Shown one piece after another: positions 52,411 to 63,999 of a DNA stretch of 64,000 nt. The position numbers and the translations under genes were made by a program. Origin of the DNA: a virus. Numbering within the stretch: the first letter of the stretch is position 1; every line of letters starts with the position of its first letter. The stretch is from IMG/VR virus record IMGVR_UViG_3300027541_000218, positions 1 to 64,000 of that record; one strand, written 5' to 3'. A model generated the notes under the pieces. It saw only the letters and a list, made by a program, of their open reading frames with translations. It was not told the origin of the DNA and ran no database searches.

Positions 52411-55400
52411 TTATACCTCGCTTAAATAAATAGTCATTTGTGGACCATTATTTCCTCTAGAATAGTCTATATTATACACAACAAACCTATCTGTATCTTC
52501 TGTAACTAAATCTAAATTTTCATTATTTTTATAATTAATTGTAACAATATCGCCTAGTTGTAACGTAGGAATGGAATATACATTAAGACCAATTACCTTT
52601 TTAGGAATCATGACTTTATTAATAATCCAACCCATTAAAGCATCTGCATCATCTTGAGTTTGTATATATGGGGTATCTAGGCTAAACTCATTTTTTCCAT
52701 AAATAAGTCTGCTTAGTTTAATGTCATCATATTTTGCTTTTTCTACCAAAGGAGAATAGATTAGTGCACTACCACTAAATGGTGGGTCGGACAGGTTGCT
52801 CTTTTTGCTAAAGTATTCATCTACTGTTAATTCATATGTTGTGTCTTGTGTAAAAGCAACACCCTGTATTCTTAAATAGTTACCACTTGTTTCATCCAAA
52901 ACAAGAGCCTTATCTGAAGCATTAAATATTAAGAATTCAGCACCATACGAGTCTGCTTGGAATCCAGATACTGAGTAGCCCTTGATACGATTAAATGTAG
53001 GAGAAAGTTGTGAATATAGTGCTGGATATGCACGATCATATCTAATATCAAAATAGGCACATTCACGCATAATTGTTCCAAACTCATCAAAATACATATT
53101 ATATTTTGGTGGTTGCTCTGAACTAATACCAGTTAAATAGGTACCTTGAATAATGCCATTCATTGCATATTTTCTAAATGATTCATTTGCGTCAATTTGT
53201 TTATCACCAAATACTGCAGACAATGTTTCACCTGTTGTAAATACTGTATTTTGAGAATAGTTTTCAGACAAAGCATATACATGTTCAAACATACAACGAG
53301 ATGATCCACGAATAAACAAAGCCATATTATTATATATTGGAAGCGGATCTGGGTCATCAACAATTTTAATTAACTTATTATTAATATATAAATAAAATCT
53401 ACGAGTCTTACCAATGTCTTGATATTCTACGGATAGATCATATACGGTAGGCTTGTCTTCTCCAGCCATTCTATATTGACCAGTAAAACGACCATCGTCA
53501 ACAATAACATTTGTTATACCGCCCCATAATTTAATTGGAATAGCATTATCATTAGCAGATTCTTTTTTAACTTTATAAAAAACAACATTATTAATGTTTA
53601 CCGCAGCCTGTCCATTTTTATCTAATTTAAGATATGATTCTACATTAGTTTCAGTTAGTGCAACAATCTCAAAATAGTATCCATTATTTGTTTCTGGATT
53701 AAGTAATACCGCTATACCGCCAGATCCTCCACCTATGCTAACATTTTGATTTGGCTGAACATTATTAACTTGATAGTATGCACTAGATCCAATTGGAGTT
53801 TGTCCACGGGTTTCATTATTTTCAATTTTACCAATAATACGAATACGTGTACCAAAATTTTTATAAGCGCCATTTAAGTTTTTATAAACATATGAAACAA
53901 AGTTAAGTGGTGTTTCTGTAGTTTTAAATGACGGTCCATTCATAACTAGAGCAGAAGATTGAACAGTTCCTGTTTGTGTAGATTTTAAGTTATTGATAGC
54001 AGTTTCAGTTAAATAGTTTGCAGACATGAAGTTTTTAATAATACCATTACGAGTTGTTTGACGAGCCAAAGTATTATTTACTCCAGCAGCGCCTACAGTG
54101 GTTGCTGGTCTTGTTACATCTTCATCTAGTGTTGTAGTAAATAAATATTGAGTTTGCATATTGCAGCCACGAACATAAGTATTATCTGCCCAGTAGTCGC
54201 TGATCCCTGCAGTATGAGTAGTTACAGGTGTTCCAAATTGTCCTCTACCATGTTCATATACGGCACCTGGCTGCAATCTTGCTATACCATCAACTGTTTC
54301 ATAAAAAGGCACTGAAAAAATTCTAACAAGACCTGTTGGATATATTTTTCCATTAAACGGAATAGACGCAAAGTATCTTTGATATTCTTGATTGCTGCTA
54401 ATCCAAACATTACCAGTGCCAGTTACGTTAAACTCTGCAGCATCATATTTAATAATTTCACCATTTGAATATAAAAATCCTTGATATCTTGTAAGCCAGT
54501 AAATATTTTCTCCAAGATCTAGCGTATTATTTACAACAACTCCGTTAACTACAGTTGGCAAATCTGCTGAAAGCGTTGCATTTAAAGGCATTGCACCTAA
54601 AACATAGTTACCCTGTTTTGCTGCTACTTCATTAATAGTTTTTGTTGCTTCATCTCCTGCAACTTCCCACAAAAGAACAGGTTTATAAATCCATGTTTTA
54701 TCACGATCAACCATGCTTGCTTCTCTAATACTTCCATATGAACGCTGAATATATCTAGTTGTATAATTAATTTTTCCATCATTATAAACACGCTTGTCTT
54801 CAGACGCAATAGATATAATATTAGGTAGGTTACCAGAGGATTGGTTTTCAATAACGCCTTCATCTGTTTGATTATTATTTCCCAATAGAACAAAATCTGT
54901 TGTTCTAGTATCTGCATCTGGCATTAAATAGTTTTTACTCATTACAATAAAATTATTGTATTCATCAAAAAACATTGCGCTTTGTGTTGATATTGCAAGT
55001 TGATTAAGTATTTCTGCAACATTTTGATCTGGTGCAACAAAGAAATACGGAATGATTGGGTCTGACTCTCCATCTATTCTTCTGAAAGAATAGTTTGTAA
55101 AACCAATATAATCAAGAATAGTACTTATAGCCATGCTTAAAGATGTTTGAGTCATCAATAATCTTGGAGCAGGCATTGATTCGAAAAAGAAATAAAAATC
55201 TCTTAGATTAATAGAGATTGTTCCAGCGGTAACGTCTGCTTGCGGAAAACCTTCTGAATATAAAGTTTTAAGAGGAATAAAATAGTCAAACCCATCAACA
55301 TCAATAATTGTTTCATAAAAATTAAATTTAATATTTTTTCTTGTATATCCTGCAATAATACTATTTGTATTATTAGGATTAAAAGCCTGATCATCATCAA

Positions 55401-56721
55401 AAATATTAATCTGACCCGTAGATGCAAGAAGTTGACCTACTGGTAAAGATGTAATTCCAACATCAGATAAAATTTTAGTAACCTTATAATCAATTACTTT
55501 ATCAGAAATATCTCCGACTAGCCTTGGAGAAATCTCAATTAAATCAAAAGTAGTATCAAACTTATTCATTGTTTCTACTACTACTCTTAATCCTTGAATA
55601 TATGCAAACTCTCTATATTCTGTACCGCCATTAATTTCGTCAGTAAATTGCTCTGGGTTTGTAAAATCAGTAACAAAACTTGTATTATTATCTATTTCTT
55701 CTGAACCTAAAGTCCATCCATATGTTGGAGAAAATGTTTCATAATCACTTCCAGTCCAAATATAAAATGTTCCACGGCTTCCTTCGTTTGCAATTACTAA
55801 ATATGCATAGCCAGTTACAGATGTGTCTGGCAATAAAGTTGATGAAGAAAGTGTTTCTGCAAATATAAAAATATCTCTGTAGGCTTCTGGAACTATAAGT
55901 CCATAGTGAATTTCAACATATCCATCAGTGCCAATAATTGGAGTTCCGTCTGCTCTTGTTGTATTTTCATTAAATGAAATTGCATTAGACCAATTATTAT
56001 TATAAAGATATTGTATCTTCCATCTTGCTGGAGTTGTCTTATTTGCAGTTCCGTATAGCGGATCTGGTATAGACCCAGACGCTGTTGTAAAGGGTCCAAG
56101 ATCTACAGAGCCAACATTAGTTTGCATTTTAACAATAATTCTATTTGTTGGAACTTGATTTTTATATACAACAAAAGGAACTGCATCATCTATATAATTT
56201 AGTCCATTAGATAATTTATTTGATACGCCATATTCAACATTATCTTCTGTTCTATAAGAAGTCCAATATCTAAACTCATCATATCGTGATGGCATATAAT
56301 ATCTTGGTCGTTCTGCTATTGATGCACCAGAATTTGCTAAATATCGTCCGCCAAAATATAAAGGTTTATTAATTCCTGATCTTGGTCTAAATGGTTTTAA
56401 ACAATCTTCTAAAGAATAAATCATCTTCATTTTGTCTTTTTGTAAAGTAAATTGTTGAGGGATGCCAGAATCAGTAAACCCATTATCAATAACTACGTCT
56501 GCATCTGTAGCACCTGTATAATAATTTCCAGCATCTAAATTATCAAATGTATTTGGCAAAGTATAATATGTAGAGCCTGGGGTACTTGGACGATATCTAT
56601 AGTTTCCTACTAAAAAAATATTATCTGGCATATTCATATTCCATTCAGCAAGAACTAGTGACTTTAACTGAACTGTTGCCGATGTTTCTAAATGAGTCTT
56701 TAATGCTTCACTAACAAACAC
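52411..56721 (-). CDS. large minor tail / baseplate hub protein
   Basis: 1436 aa, second gene after the tape measure; LQLGDIVTI C-terminal motif. Confidence 0.75.
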   Translation of the reverse strand: MFVSEALKTHLETSATVQLKSLVLAEWNMNMPDNIFLVGNYRYRPSTPGSTYYTLPNTFDNLDAGNYYTGATDADVVIDNGFTDSGIPQQFTLQKDKMKMIYSLEDCLKPFRPRSGINKPLYFGGRYLANSGASIAERPRYYMPSRYDEFRYWTSYRTEDNVEYGVSNKLSNGLNYIDDAVPFVVYKNQVPTNRIIVKMQTNVGSVDLGPFTTASGSIPDPLYGTANKTTPARWKIQYLYNNNWSNAISFNENTTRADGTPIIGTDGYVEIHYGLIVPEAYRDIFIFAETLSSSTLLPDTSVTGYAYLVIANEGSRGTFYIWTGSDYETFSPTYGWTLGSEEIDNNTSFVTDFTNPEQFTDEINGGTEYREFAYIQGLRVVVETMNKFDTTFDLIEISPRLVGDISDKVIDYKVTKILSDVGITSLPVGQLLASTGQINIFDDDQAFNPNNTNSIIAGYTRKNIKFNFYETIIDVDGFDYFIPLKTLYSEGFPQADVTAGTISINLRDFYFFFESMPAPRLLMTQTSLSMAISTILDYIGFTNYSFRRIDGESDPIIPYFFVAPDQNVAEILNQLAISTQSAMFFDEYNNFIVMSKNYLMPDADTRTTDFVLLGNNNQTDEGVIENQSSGNLPNIISIASEDKRVYNDGKINYTTRYIQRSYGSIREASMVDRDKTWIYKPVLLWEVAGDEATKTINEVAAKQGNYVLGAMPLNATLSADLPTVVNGVVVNNTLDLGENIYWLTRYQGFLYSNGEIIKYDAAEFNVTGTGNVWISSNQEYQRYFASIPFNGKIYPTGLVRIFSVPFYETVDGIARLQPGAVYEHGRGQFGTPVTTHTAGISDYWADNTYVRGCNMQTQYLFTTTLDEDVTRPATTVGAAGVNNTLARQTTRNGIIKNFMSANYLTETAINNLKSTQTGTVQSSALVMNGPSFKTTETPLNFVSYVYKNLNGAYKNFGTRIRIIGKIENNETRGQTPIGSSAYYQVNNVQPNQNVSIGGGSGGIAVLLNPETNNGYYFEIVALTETNVESYLKLDKNGQAAVNINNVVFYKVKKESANDNAIPIKLWGGITNVIVDDGRFTGQYRMAGEDKPTVYDLSVEYQDIGKTRRFYLYINNKLIKIVDDPDPLPIYNNMALFIRGSSRCMFEHVYALSENYSQNTVFTTGETLSAVFGDKQIDANESFRKYAMNGIIQGTYLTGISSEQPPKYNMYFDEFGTIMRECAYFDIRYDRAYPALYSQLSPTFNRIKGYSVSGFQADSYGAEFLIFNASDKALVLDETSGNYLRIQGVAFTQDTTYELTVDEYFSKKSNLSDPPFSGSALIYSPLVEKAKYDDIKLSRLIYGKNEFSLDTPYIQTQDDADALMGWIINKVMIPKKVIGLNVYSIPTLQLGDIVTINYKNNENLDLVTEDTDRFVVYNIDYSRGNNGPQMTIYLSEV

Positions 56722-56722
56722 T

Positions 56723-57361
56723 TTAGACCTCTTCCAGGCTTACCGATATATTCCAAAGGTCAAAATTATTGCCACCACGTTTTACAACAGAATAATTAAA
56801 GTCAGCAAAGTAAACTTCAACAATTTGGTTATACTGTGCTAGATGACCAAATGCAGCATTATCTGTACCAAAATTAGAATATTTGTCATATGCTAAATAC
56901 ATCCAAAATGGACCTGTATGATTTTGATACCAATCTAAAATTTCTACACCTCCAGCACCACCGTCTGCTGTAAACTCTTGTGTATTATTTTGATATGGAG
57001 AAATTCCAGTATCTGGATCAAATTCTGCATTTTGATAAAATGCTCTTGATGGAAGTAAATTCCAAGACCAAGTAAAAATTAACTTGTCAGCAATGTGGTA
57101 CGATCTCATTCTTCCATTAATTGTTCTTTGACGCTGTTCTATTCTCTGTGGTGTAATAGAAATATCTCCACGATTATGGTCAGACAGAATTAAAAATTGA
57201 TCAATTAAACTGGAATCAGTTCCTTCAGGAACATCTGCTCCAACTTCATAACCATTAGGAACATATAGCCCATTGCTCAGTGTTCCAGCATTATCGGACC
57301 ATAAGACTGCTTGAGGACGCTGATATCTTTTTCTACCAGTTATATAACCAGACGTAGCCAT
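56723..57361 (-). CDS. distal tail protein-like
   Basis: Directly after the tape measure; RTINGRMR, WNISVSLEEV. Confidence 0.7.
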   Translation of the reverse strand: MATSGYITGRKRYQRPQAVLWSDNAGTLSNGLYVPNGYEVGADVPEGTDSSLIDQFLILSDHNRGDISITPQRIEQRQRTINGRMRSYHIADKLIFTWSWNLLPSRAFYQNAEFDPDTGISPYQNNTQEFTADGGAGGVEILDWYQNHTGPFWMYLAYDKYSNFGTDNAAFGHLAQYNQIVEVYFADFNYSVVKRGGNNFDLWNISVSLEEV

Positions 57362-60300
57362 TATGCTCTCTGACTCCTAATTCTTTGTGAATCAATATAT
57401 TTAATTTCATTTATTACTGCTCTTGCAATTCCATTTGGATTAGAGTTTGTACCGCCAACTGTAATACCAACATTATAATTATACACTGTGCTTGAGTTAT
57501 CTGATACAGGGGCAACTACTGTGGCGGTAGGCATAGAAGAAATATTTACAGGATTAGAAACTGCATAAACTGGCTGATTCATTTTATCCTTAATCATTGA
57601 TGGATAAACAGCATCATTAATTGACCTTAAAAATGGACGAAAAGCCTTTGCACTATTTTTATTAACTACAAATTCTCCAGGAGTAAGCATTGCTGGGACT
57701 GTATCTGAACCTTTTGCTACAAAACCTCCATTAGGGAAATATCTAGGAACCATTCCACCAGAACTTAAATATCCTAGTATTTGCTTTCTAGCAGCAACTA
57801 CCTGTGTAGAACTTAATTGAGTACCAGGTATTTTTGGATTTGCATCAACAGTTTGTTTTGCTGCTAAATCTTTCATTGCTTGAACCGCAATTGCTTCAGA
57901 TCCTCCAGAACCCATTACGTTGCCTTTTGCTGCTTGCGTTGATGCCTTACTTGCTGCTGTATTTATAATAGATTGTTGCTGTGTACTGAATGAACCAGTT
58001 ACGTTTCCACCACCGCCACCACCTCCGCCTCCTCCGCCCCCTGTAGAAGCAAGAGCAGCGGCAAGTTGCATAGCAGCCTGAATAGCAGCCTGAATCTTAG
58101 AAATAATAGTATCAATTTTTCCAGCAGTACCAACTAATAAATCATTTGTCATTGTAATCACATCATTAAATTCACCCTGTTTAATTTTTTCTAAATCAAG
58201 GGCACGTTGTGCATCTGACCAAGCCTCACGCTGAACTCTAATCTTTTCCATTTCAGCAGCCTTCTGGTCGTTAATTTTTTGAAGATTAGCCTCATGTACA
58301 AGTTTTTGTTGTTCAAGATTATAAATTTGATTATTTTGAATATTATATATTAAATCTTCTGTATTTCTAATACTCAAAAGTCTTGCTTCACGCTGCTCTT
58401 CAAGAGCATAAATTTGATCTTCTTTAATGCGTATTTCTTCCTGCTTTAATGCCCTGGCTTGCTCTAATTGATAAATTTGATCTTGCTTAATAAGCATTCT
58501 TGCTTGTACCGCTTCACGCTGCTCTTCTAGGGCAAAAACTTGTTGACTAATCTGGAACTGTCTTGCTTCTACTTGTTCTCTTGTCAGACCACCTGCTGTA
58601 CGTAATCCGCCTAGTTCTGCTTGACGTGCTGCATCTAATACTCCACTAGCACGTTGTGAAGCAGCCTCTGCTGACTGTGCCCTCATTTCTTGTGCAGCCT
58701 GTGCTGCTGCAGAAATATCACCTTGTGTTAAAGCATCTGCAAGACCAATTTGTTGTTTTTGTTGTGCAATAATTTGCTGATTAATTTCAGATACTTTATT
58801 AAGTGCCTCAGCCTGAGCATCATACTTTTGATTAATTCCTTCAGCAACCTTATCCATCAAGGTCATTTCATTAGCAAGATCTGAAGACTCTTCTTGAAGT
58901 GCTGCTATAGGACGTTCAAAATCAACTTCAATTCCACGCTGTAGGTCATCAATTGTCTTTTGAATATCTTCAATTGGACGAGTAAATTGCATTTCAATTT
59001 CTCTTGCAGCATCATTAACTTCTTCTTGCAATGCTTCAATTGGTCTTGTTAGTTCTAACTCAATTGATCTTTGTGCTAAATCAATGCTACGTTGATATCC
59101 ATCAATTTCTTTTTGTGCTGCTTGAATTGAACGCTCAATACCATTAATTGCTGTTTCTTCAACACGAATAGCATCTTCATATCTATCATTAATTTCTTCT
59201 TCAAGAATACTAAAATACTGTTCAGCCTTGTTTTGAAGATTATCAAAGAAATCACGTCTGCCTTCAGGGGTAGCCATTTGAATTTGAATCTTAATAGCCT
59301 TTTCTTGTCTAAATGAATCAAGAAGTTTCTTTACCTTTTCAGCATCTACCTTACCATCTTTAAGACCTTCTGTTAAGTATGTCATTAAGTCAGGATTGTC
59401 TAGGATAGTATTAATATCTTCTATTTTTGCACCCATGGCTGTTAATTGTGGTATTGCTTTTGCAAAACTTTCATTTAGTTTATTTTCAGTATTGATCTTT
59501 GTAAAGAACTCTGTAATGGCTGCAGCCTTAGATTTCTTTTCAATCTGCTCCATAAGTTTTGTAAGTTTTTCTAGGTTCTCTGGTTTAATATTTCCAGTAG
59601 CAATTCCAAGCGCAACAGTTGAATCGCTTGCATACTTTAGTGCTGTGGCTGCATCAAATCCTGCTTTTTTAAGAATATTAAATGCTTTTGCTTGTGCCCA
59701 AAGTTCTTCGTTTTGTCCTTGTAGTGCTTCAAGAGCCTTTTGGAATGGAGATTTTTCACCAGTGCCAGTGCCCTGTCCTTCTTTGTTTTTCTTTTCTGCT
59801 TCTGTTACTTTATTAACTGATTCAAAATATTTATCATATAATTTAGTTAATTGTAAAATACCTCTAGATCTAGTTTTAGAATCATTAGAAGATAAAGCCT
59901 TTAATATTCCACTTTCTTTATCTAATAAACCAGCGCTAATGAGTGCTAGAGCCATCATCTGTTGTTTAGCAGAATAAAGATTCTTTAAAAATGCTCCTGC
60001 ATCAACATTTAACTCTTTAAAGACTTTAGTCAAAATAAGTTGTCTTTGTGCTGCATCAAGACTATAAATTCTTTGATTTACTGAACTTAACATATTTTGA
60101 TACTGTTCTCCAGTAATAATTCCAGATTCAAACATAGTTGCTGCAGACTTGCTTGTAGTTGCTATAAATGATGATAGGTTTGCCGTTTGTCTTTCTAATT
60201 CTTTTGTAGGAACTAGTTTTTCTACTAATTCTATGCCACCTGATGCAGATGGGGCATATGTAAATACTTTATCAAATCCCTTTTTATATTTATCCTGAAA

Positions 60301-63300
60301 TACTTTTAGGTTGGCATCTAAAGCAGTGCCCATTTCCTTAAGTCCAGCCTCATCAAACTTAAGAGATTTAACATCAATCTTTATATCAGTTTGACCAGAC
60401 TCTTCACGTAGAGCATCGATAATTGTTTGAACTTGTTCTTTTGCAAATCCCCTAGACTGTAAATCTATAGCAAGAGACTGAAATGCAAGTTTTGCTTCTT
60501 CATTGCTTGCAGTTCTAAATGATTCAATTTGAGTTTTAAACTCTTTTTGGAATCCTTCATCCTGTCTTAATCTATCACGCTCAGATCTAGTTTGTGCTCC
60601 TACAACTTCACGATTACGTAAATCTGCACGAGATTCAAAGGCAGACCTTCCAGCAACTACTCCAAAGAAATCTCCAAGAGTTTTTGCCTGTTCTGCAGTA
60701 ACACGCATAGCCTCAGAAAGACCATATGTTGCTAATCTTTCCTTTTCTTTTTCAGCATTAAGTTTCTTTACAATAGCATATAAACCAGTAACTACTGTAA
60801 TTCCTATACCTATTGGACCTAAGAATCTTGCAATAATACCGCCAAATCTTAATAGGTTAGGAATAATTTTTTTAAGTCCACCAGCAAATAATCCTGGAAC
60901 CATACTAAACTTCTTTGTACTAATATTTTGAACAAGAAGACCTGCTGTTGCTGCTCTAGTAGCAGCCAATTCTAATATTTTTTGCTGTGTTAGTAGTTGG
61001 GTTACAGACATTAATGCAAATAGTAGACCAGAGTATTTAAATACTGCTTGAGATAATTCTCCAAGTTTACCGCCAGCCATTGATCCAGCACCTGCAAGAC
61101 TTGTTAGAGCAAATGTTCCAGTCATAAGAACTCTATTCATTGAGTCCATACGCTGTTGCATTGTTTTACGTGCTGCTATTTCCCCTTCAATTGCCTTCTT
61201 TGTTTCTTGATTAATAGCAGAACCTTGCGTTACGTTAGATATTGGGGCACTTGGTGTAACTGGTACACGAAGTGGTTTGCCTCCTGGACCCAAGAGACCA
61301 GTGTCTCTCATTTGTGTAACTGCACCCTGTGTAACTGCTCCTGCAGCCATTGCAACATCGTCAGCCTGATTCATCATTCCAACAGAAAGACCACGAGCAA
61401 TATCTTCTCCAATTGGAATAGTTCTCTTAGATGGAGATTGTGTTTGTGCAGCCTGCGCTGTTGCCATTACTGTTTGATTTACAATATCTTGCGCTGCTGC
61501 TGTAACTGGAGCAAATGACTGCTGACCTCTAAATCTTGCCTGTGTAAGCGTTTGTCTAGCAGTTTGTCTTTGCTGTTCTGTTCTATATCCAACACCAGCC
61601 TGTTGTGCAGGATTTTGCATTAAATAATCTGTAGCAGCAATGGCTCCCTTTGCCTGTGGAATAAATGATGTAGATAGTTTTGCCATTGAGTCTGTTGATG
61701 AAAGCATACGCTCAAGGACTTGTTTTTGAACCATTAATTCTTGTTCAGTTAAAGCGATATTATTAGTAATTTTTTCTCTAATAGATTTAACAATTGTTTC
61801 ATCAGCATTTATCTCTTCAAGATTTTTTAAATATTCATTGCGAGTAGATGTTGAAGAATCTAGAATATTGCTTACTTGATTTAAAGTTGATGATTGTGCA
61901 ATCCAAGCATTTGGATCCCATGCTTCATCAAACATTTTATCAATATTATCTTGCATTTCAATAACATGTGCTCTATGAACTTCTCCAGACTGAGCAATAG
62001 CATTTAAAACATTTTGTGTTTTCTTATCTGTTTTTGTTAAATCTATACCAAGTTCTGTATAGTATTCACGAATTGCTTCTTGTGCTACACGGCTAGATTC
62101 TTTTGCTCTAACTAATTCTTCTTCTAGAGCAGCATTTCCTGCTACTTGCTGCTCCATTGTGCCAACATTAGTTTGTCCAGCACTAAACTTTCTTTCTCCT
62201 CTGCCAGCAGCAAGAAATACTTCTTTTGGAATAACAGATCCAGTTAATTCTTTTGTAACAAGGTCTAGTTCTCTGGTAAATGATCCAATACTAATCTTAG
62301 TATCATTTGCCATTCTTGATAAAGTTTCTTGAACAATTTCTAATGCATTTTCAATACCCATACCCTCTGCAAGCATTGCATCAATAAGTTTTTGTGCTTT
62401 AGCAGCAGTATCTCGTCTAGCAAAGTCTAATCCTGTTGAACTTCCACCAACACTAACAGTACCTGCCATAAATCCTGGAATATTTCCAGCAATCATTCCT
62501 TGAATTAGTGGTGCATATTGTTTTGCTCTATCTTTTGGAATAATTGCTTCTCCAGGAGTAAGCATTGCGGGAACTGTATCCCTATTGCCACTTCCAGGAA
62601 CTACTGTTATACCATTATTATATTTCCTTGGTGGTATCATCATTCCAGGATTTTGCATTGCAAACTGTGCCCCAGCATTTGCAGCAGCACGATAAGCCTG
62701 GATTAATTGATTAATTGCTCCAACTTCAGCGGTAAATGTTTGTGTTAGTCTTGCGTGTGACTGATCAAGGGAGTGTGAAGCAGCAGCAGCGTTAACCTGC
62801 TCCATTGTCAAATAATCTGTTTGTTCTCCAAGTATTTGTGTTTGACCAGTTAATCTTAAATATCCATTACGAAGAATCATTGCACCCTTGACAATGTTTG
62901 CAAGTCCGTTTGCAAGCAAACCAAATGTCATAAGTGCAACTGGACCAATAGCACCAATAGCAACTGTTAGTACTACAATTGCTTTCTTTACTCCAGATGA
63001 AAGGTTGTTAAACTTCTCTAATATGCCACCAATAAATTCTACAATTGGTGTGACTGCTTCTAAAAATGTTTGACCAACTGGAATCAAAGACATTTTTAAG
63101 TCTTCTACAGACTTACGGAATTTATTCATAGCAGAGTCAGCAGTCATTCCTAATTCTGACTCAGATAGTGCAGCAAGATCTTCAATTGATGTACCTGCTA
63201 AATCAAGTACACGAGCAGCCTGACCAGTCTGATTTGTAACATTATCAAACAAAGTAGATAGACGAGCAAACTGGAATTTACCAAATAACTGTTCAATAGC

Positions 63301-63999
63301 ACGAGCACGAGTTAATGGATCAAGTGTGTCTAGAGCCTGTGCAAAAGCAATTACTGTTCCTTTAAGATCTCCCTTATTTGCCTCAACAATTTTTTTAATA
63401 TTAATACCCATACTTGCAAGCATTTCTGCTGCTTTTTCAGTTGGATTAATAAGAGATGCAAGACCAGACTTGAGTGCGTTTGCACCTTCTGATGCATTAA
63501 CACCGCCTTCTTTCATGGCTGCCATAAAGAATGCTAAATCTTTTACATCTCCGCCAAGTTGTTGAATAACTGGAGCAACTTTAGGAATAGCAGTTGTAAT
63601 ATCATCAAGAGATACGACTGTTTGGTTTTCTACTGCGTTAAGAAAGTCAATGGATCCAGCAAGATCTTCAGACGACATTTTAAATGCATTTTGCAAAGAA
63701 ATTGTAGTCTCAAGAGCCTTCTGGTTTTCAATTTGACCAAGAACAGAAAGTCGTGTTGCTTGTGTAGTCTGTCGCTGTAAATCTATACCCTGGAAACCTG
63801 CTGCTGCTGCTTCTGCTGCTAAACCAACAGTATCAGATACAGCAATTCCATATTTTGTAAACATTTCCCCAAGGGCAGTAATATCAGCAAGCGCTTGTTG
63901 TGTTTCTGCTTTTGGTGTAAATAAATCTCCATATACTTTTCTAAACTTAAGTGCTGCTGCTTCCATTTCCATAAATGTTCTTGCAGCAGTTGTTCCCAA
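57361..63999 (-). CDS. tape measure protein (5' end outside the window)
   Basis: >2200 aa, Ala-rich helical; TP901-type core (EGANALKSGL), TM segments, DTVPAMLTPGE motifs. Confidence 0.92.
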   Translation of the reverse strand: MGTTAARTFMEMEAAALKFRKVYGDLFTPKAETQQALADITALGEMFTKYGIAVSDTVGLAAEAAAAGFQGIDLQRQTTQATRLSVLGQIENQKALETTISLQNAFKMSSEDLAGSIDFLNAVENQTVVSLDDITTAIPKVAPVIQQLGGDVKDLAFFMAAMKEGGVNASEGANALKSGLASLINPTEKAAEMLASMGINIKKIVEANKGDLKGTVIAFAQALDTLDPLTRARAIEQLFGKFQFARLSTLFDNVTNQTGQAARVLDLAGTSIEDLAALSESELGMTADSAMNKFRKSVEDLKMSLIPVGQTFLEAVTPIVEFIGGILEKFNNLSSGVKKAIVVLTVAIGAIGPVALMTFGLLANGLANIVKGAMILRNGYLRLTGQTQILGEQTDYLTMEQVNAAAASHSLDQSHARLTQTFTAEVGAINQLIQAYRAAANAGAQFAMQNPGMMIPPRKYNNGITVVPGSGNRDTVPAMLTPGEAIIPKDRAKQYAPLIQGMIAGNIPGFMAGTVSVGGSSTGLDFARRDTAAKAQKLIDAMLAEGMGIENALEIVQETLSRMANDTKISIGSFTRELDLVTKELTGSVIPKEVFLAAGRGERKFSAGQTNVGTMEQQVAGNAALEEELVRAKESSRVAQEAIREYYTELGIDLTKTDKKTQNVLNAIAQSGEVHRAHVIEMQDNIDKMFDEAWDPNAWIAQSSTLNQVSNILDSSTSTRNEYLKNLEEINADETIVKSIREKITNNIALTEQELMVQKQVLERMLSSTDSMAKLSTSFIPQAKGAIAATDYLMQNPAQQAGVGYRTEQQRQTARQTLTQARFRGQQSFAPVTAAAQDIVNQTVMATAQAAQTQSPSKRTIPIGEDIARGLSVGMMNQADDVAMAAGAVTQGAVTQMRDTGLLGPGGKPLRVPVTPSAPISNVTQGSAINQETKKAIEGEIAARKTMQQRMDSMNRVLMTGTFALTSLAGAGSMAGGKLGELSQAVFKYSGLLFALMSVTQLLTQQKILELAATRAATAGLLVQNISTKKFSMVPGLFAGGLKKIIPNLLRFGGIIARFLGPIGIGITVVTGLYAIVKKLNAEKEKERLATYGLSEAMRVTAEQAKTLGDFFGVVAGRSAFESRADLRNREVVGAQTRSERDRLRQDEGFQKEFKTQIESFRTASNEEAKLAFQSLAIDLQSRGFAKEQVQTIIDALREESGQTDIKIDVKSLKFDEAGLKEMGTALDANLKVFQDKYKKGFDKVFTYAPSASGGIELVEKLVPTKELERQTANLSSFIATTSKSAATMFESGIITGEQYQNMLSSVNQRIYSLDAAQRQLILTKVFKELNVDAGAFLKNLYSAKQQMMALALISAGLLDKESGILKALSSNDSKTRSRGILQLTKLYDKYFESVNKVTEAEKKNKEGQGTGTGEKSPFQKALEALQGQNEELWAQAKAFNILKKAGFDAATALKYASDSTVALGIATGNIKPENLEKLTKLMEQIEKKSKAAAITEFFTKINTENKLNESFAKAIPQLTAMGAKIEDINTILDNPDLMTYLTEGLKDGKVDAEKVKKLLDSFRQEKAIKIQIQMATPEGRRDFFDNLQNKAEQYFSILEEEINDRYEDAIRVEETAINGIERSIQAAQKEIDGYQRSIDLAQRSIELELTRPIEALQEEVNDAAREIEMQFTRPIEDIQKTIDDLQRGIEVDFERPIAALQEESSDLANEMTLMDKVAEGINQKYDAQAEALNKVSEINQQIIAQQKQQIGLADALTQGDISAAAQAAQEMRAQSAEAASQRASGVLDAARQAELGGLRTAGGLTREQVEARQFQISQQVFALEEQREAVQARMLIKQDQIYQLEQARALKQEEIRIKEDQIYALEEQREARLLSIRNTEDLIYNIQNNQIYNLEQQKLVHEANLQKINDQKAAEMEKIRVQREAWSDAQRALDLEKIKQGEFNDVITMTNDLLVGTAGKIDTIISKIQAAIQAAMQLAAALASTGGGGGGGGGGGGNVTGSFSTQQQSIINTAASKASTQAAKGNVMGSGGSEAIAVQAMKDLAAKQTVDANPKIPGTQLSSTQVVAARKQILGYLSSGGMVPRYFPNGGFVAKGSDTVPAMLTPGEFVVNKNSAKAFRPFLRSINDAVYPSMIKDKMNQPVYAVSNPVNISSMPTATVVAPVSDNSSTVYNYNVGITVGGTNSNPNGIARAVINEIKYIDSQRIRSQRA

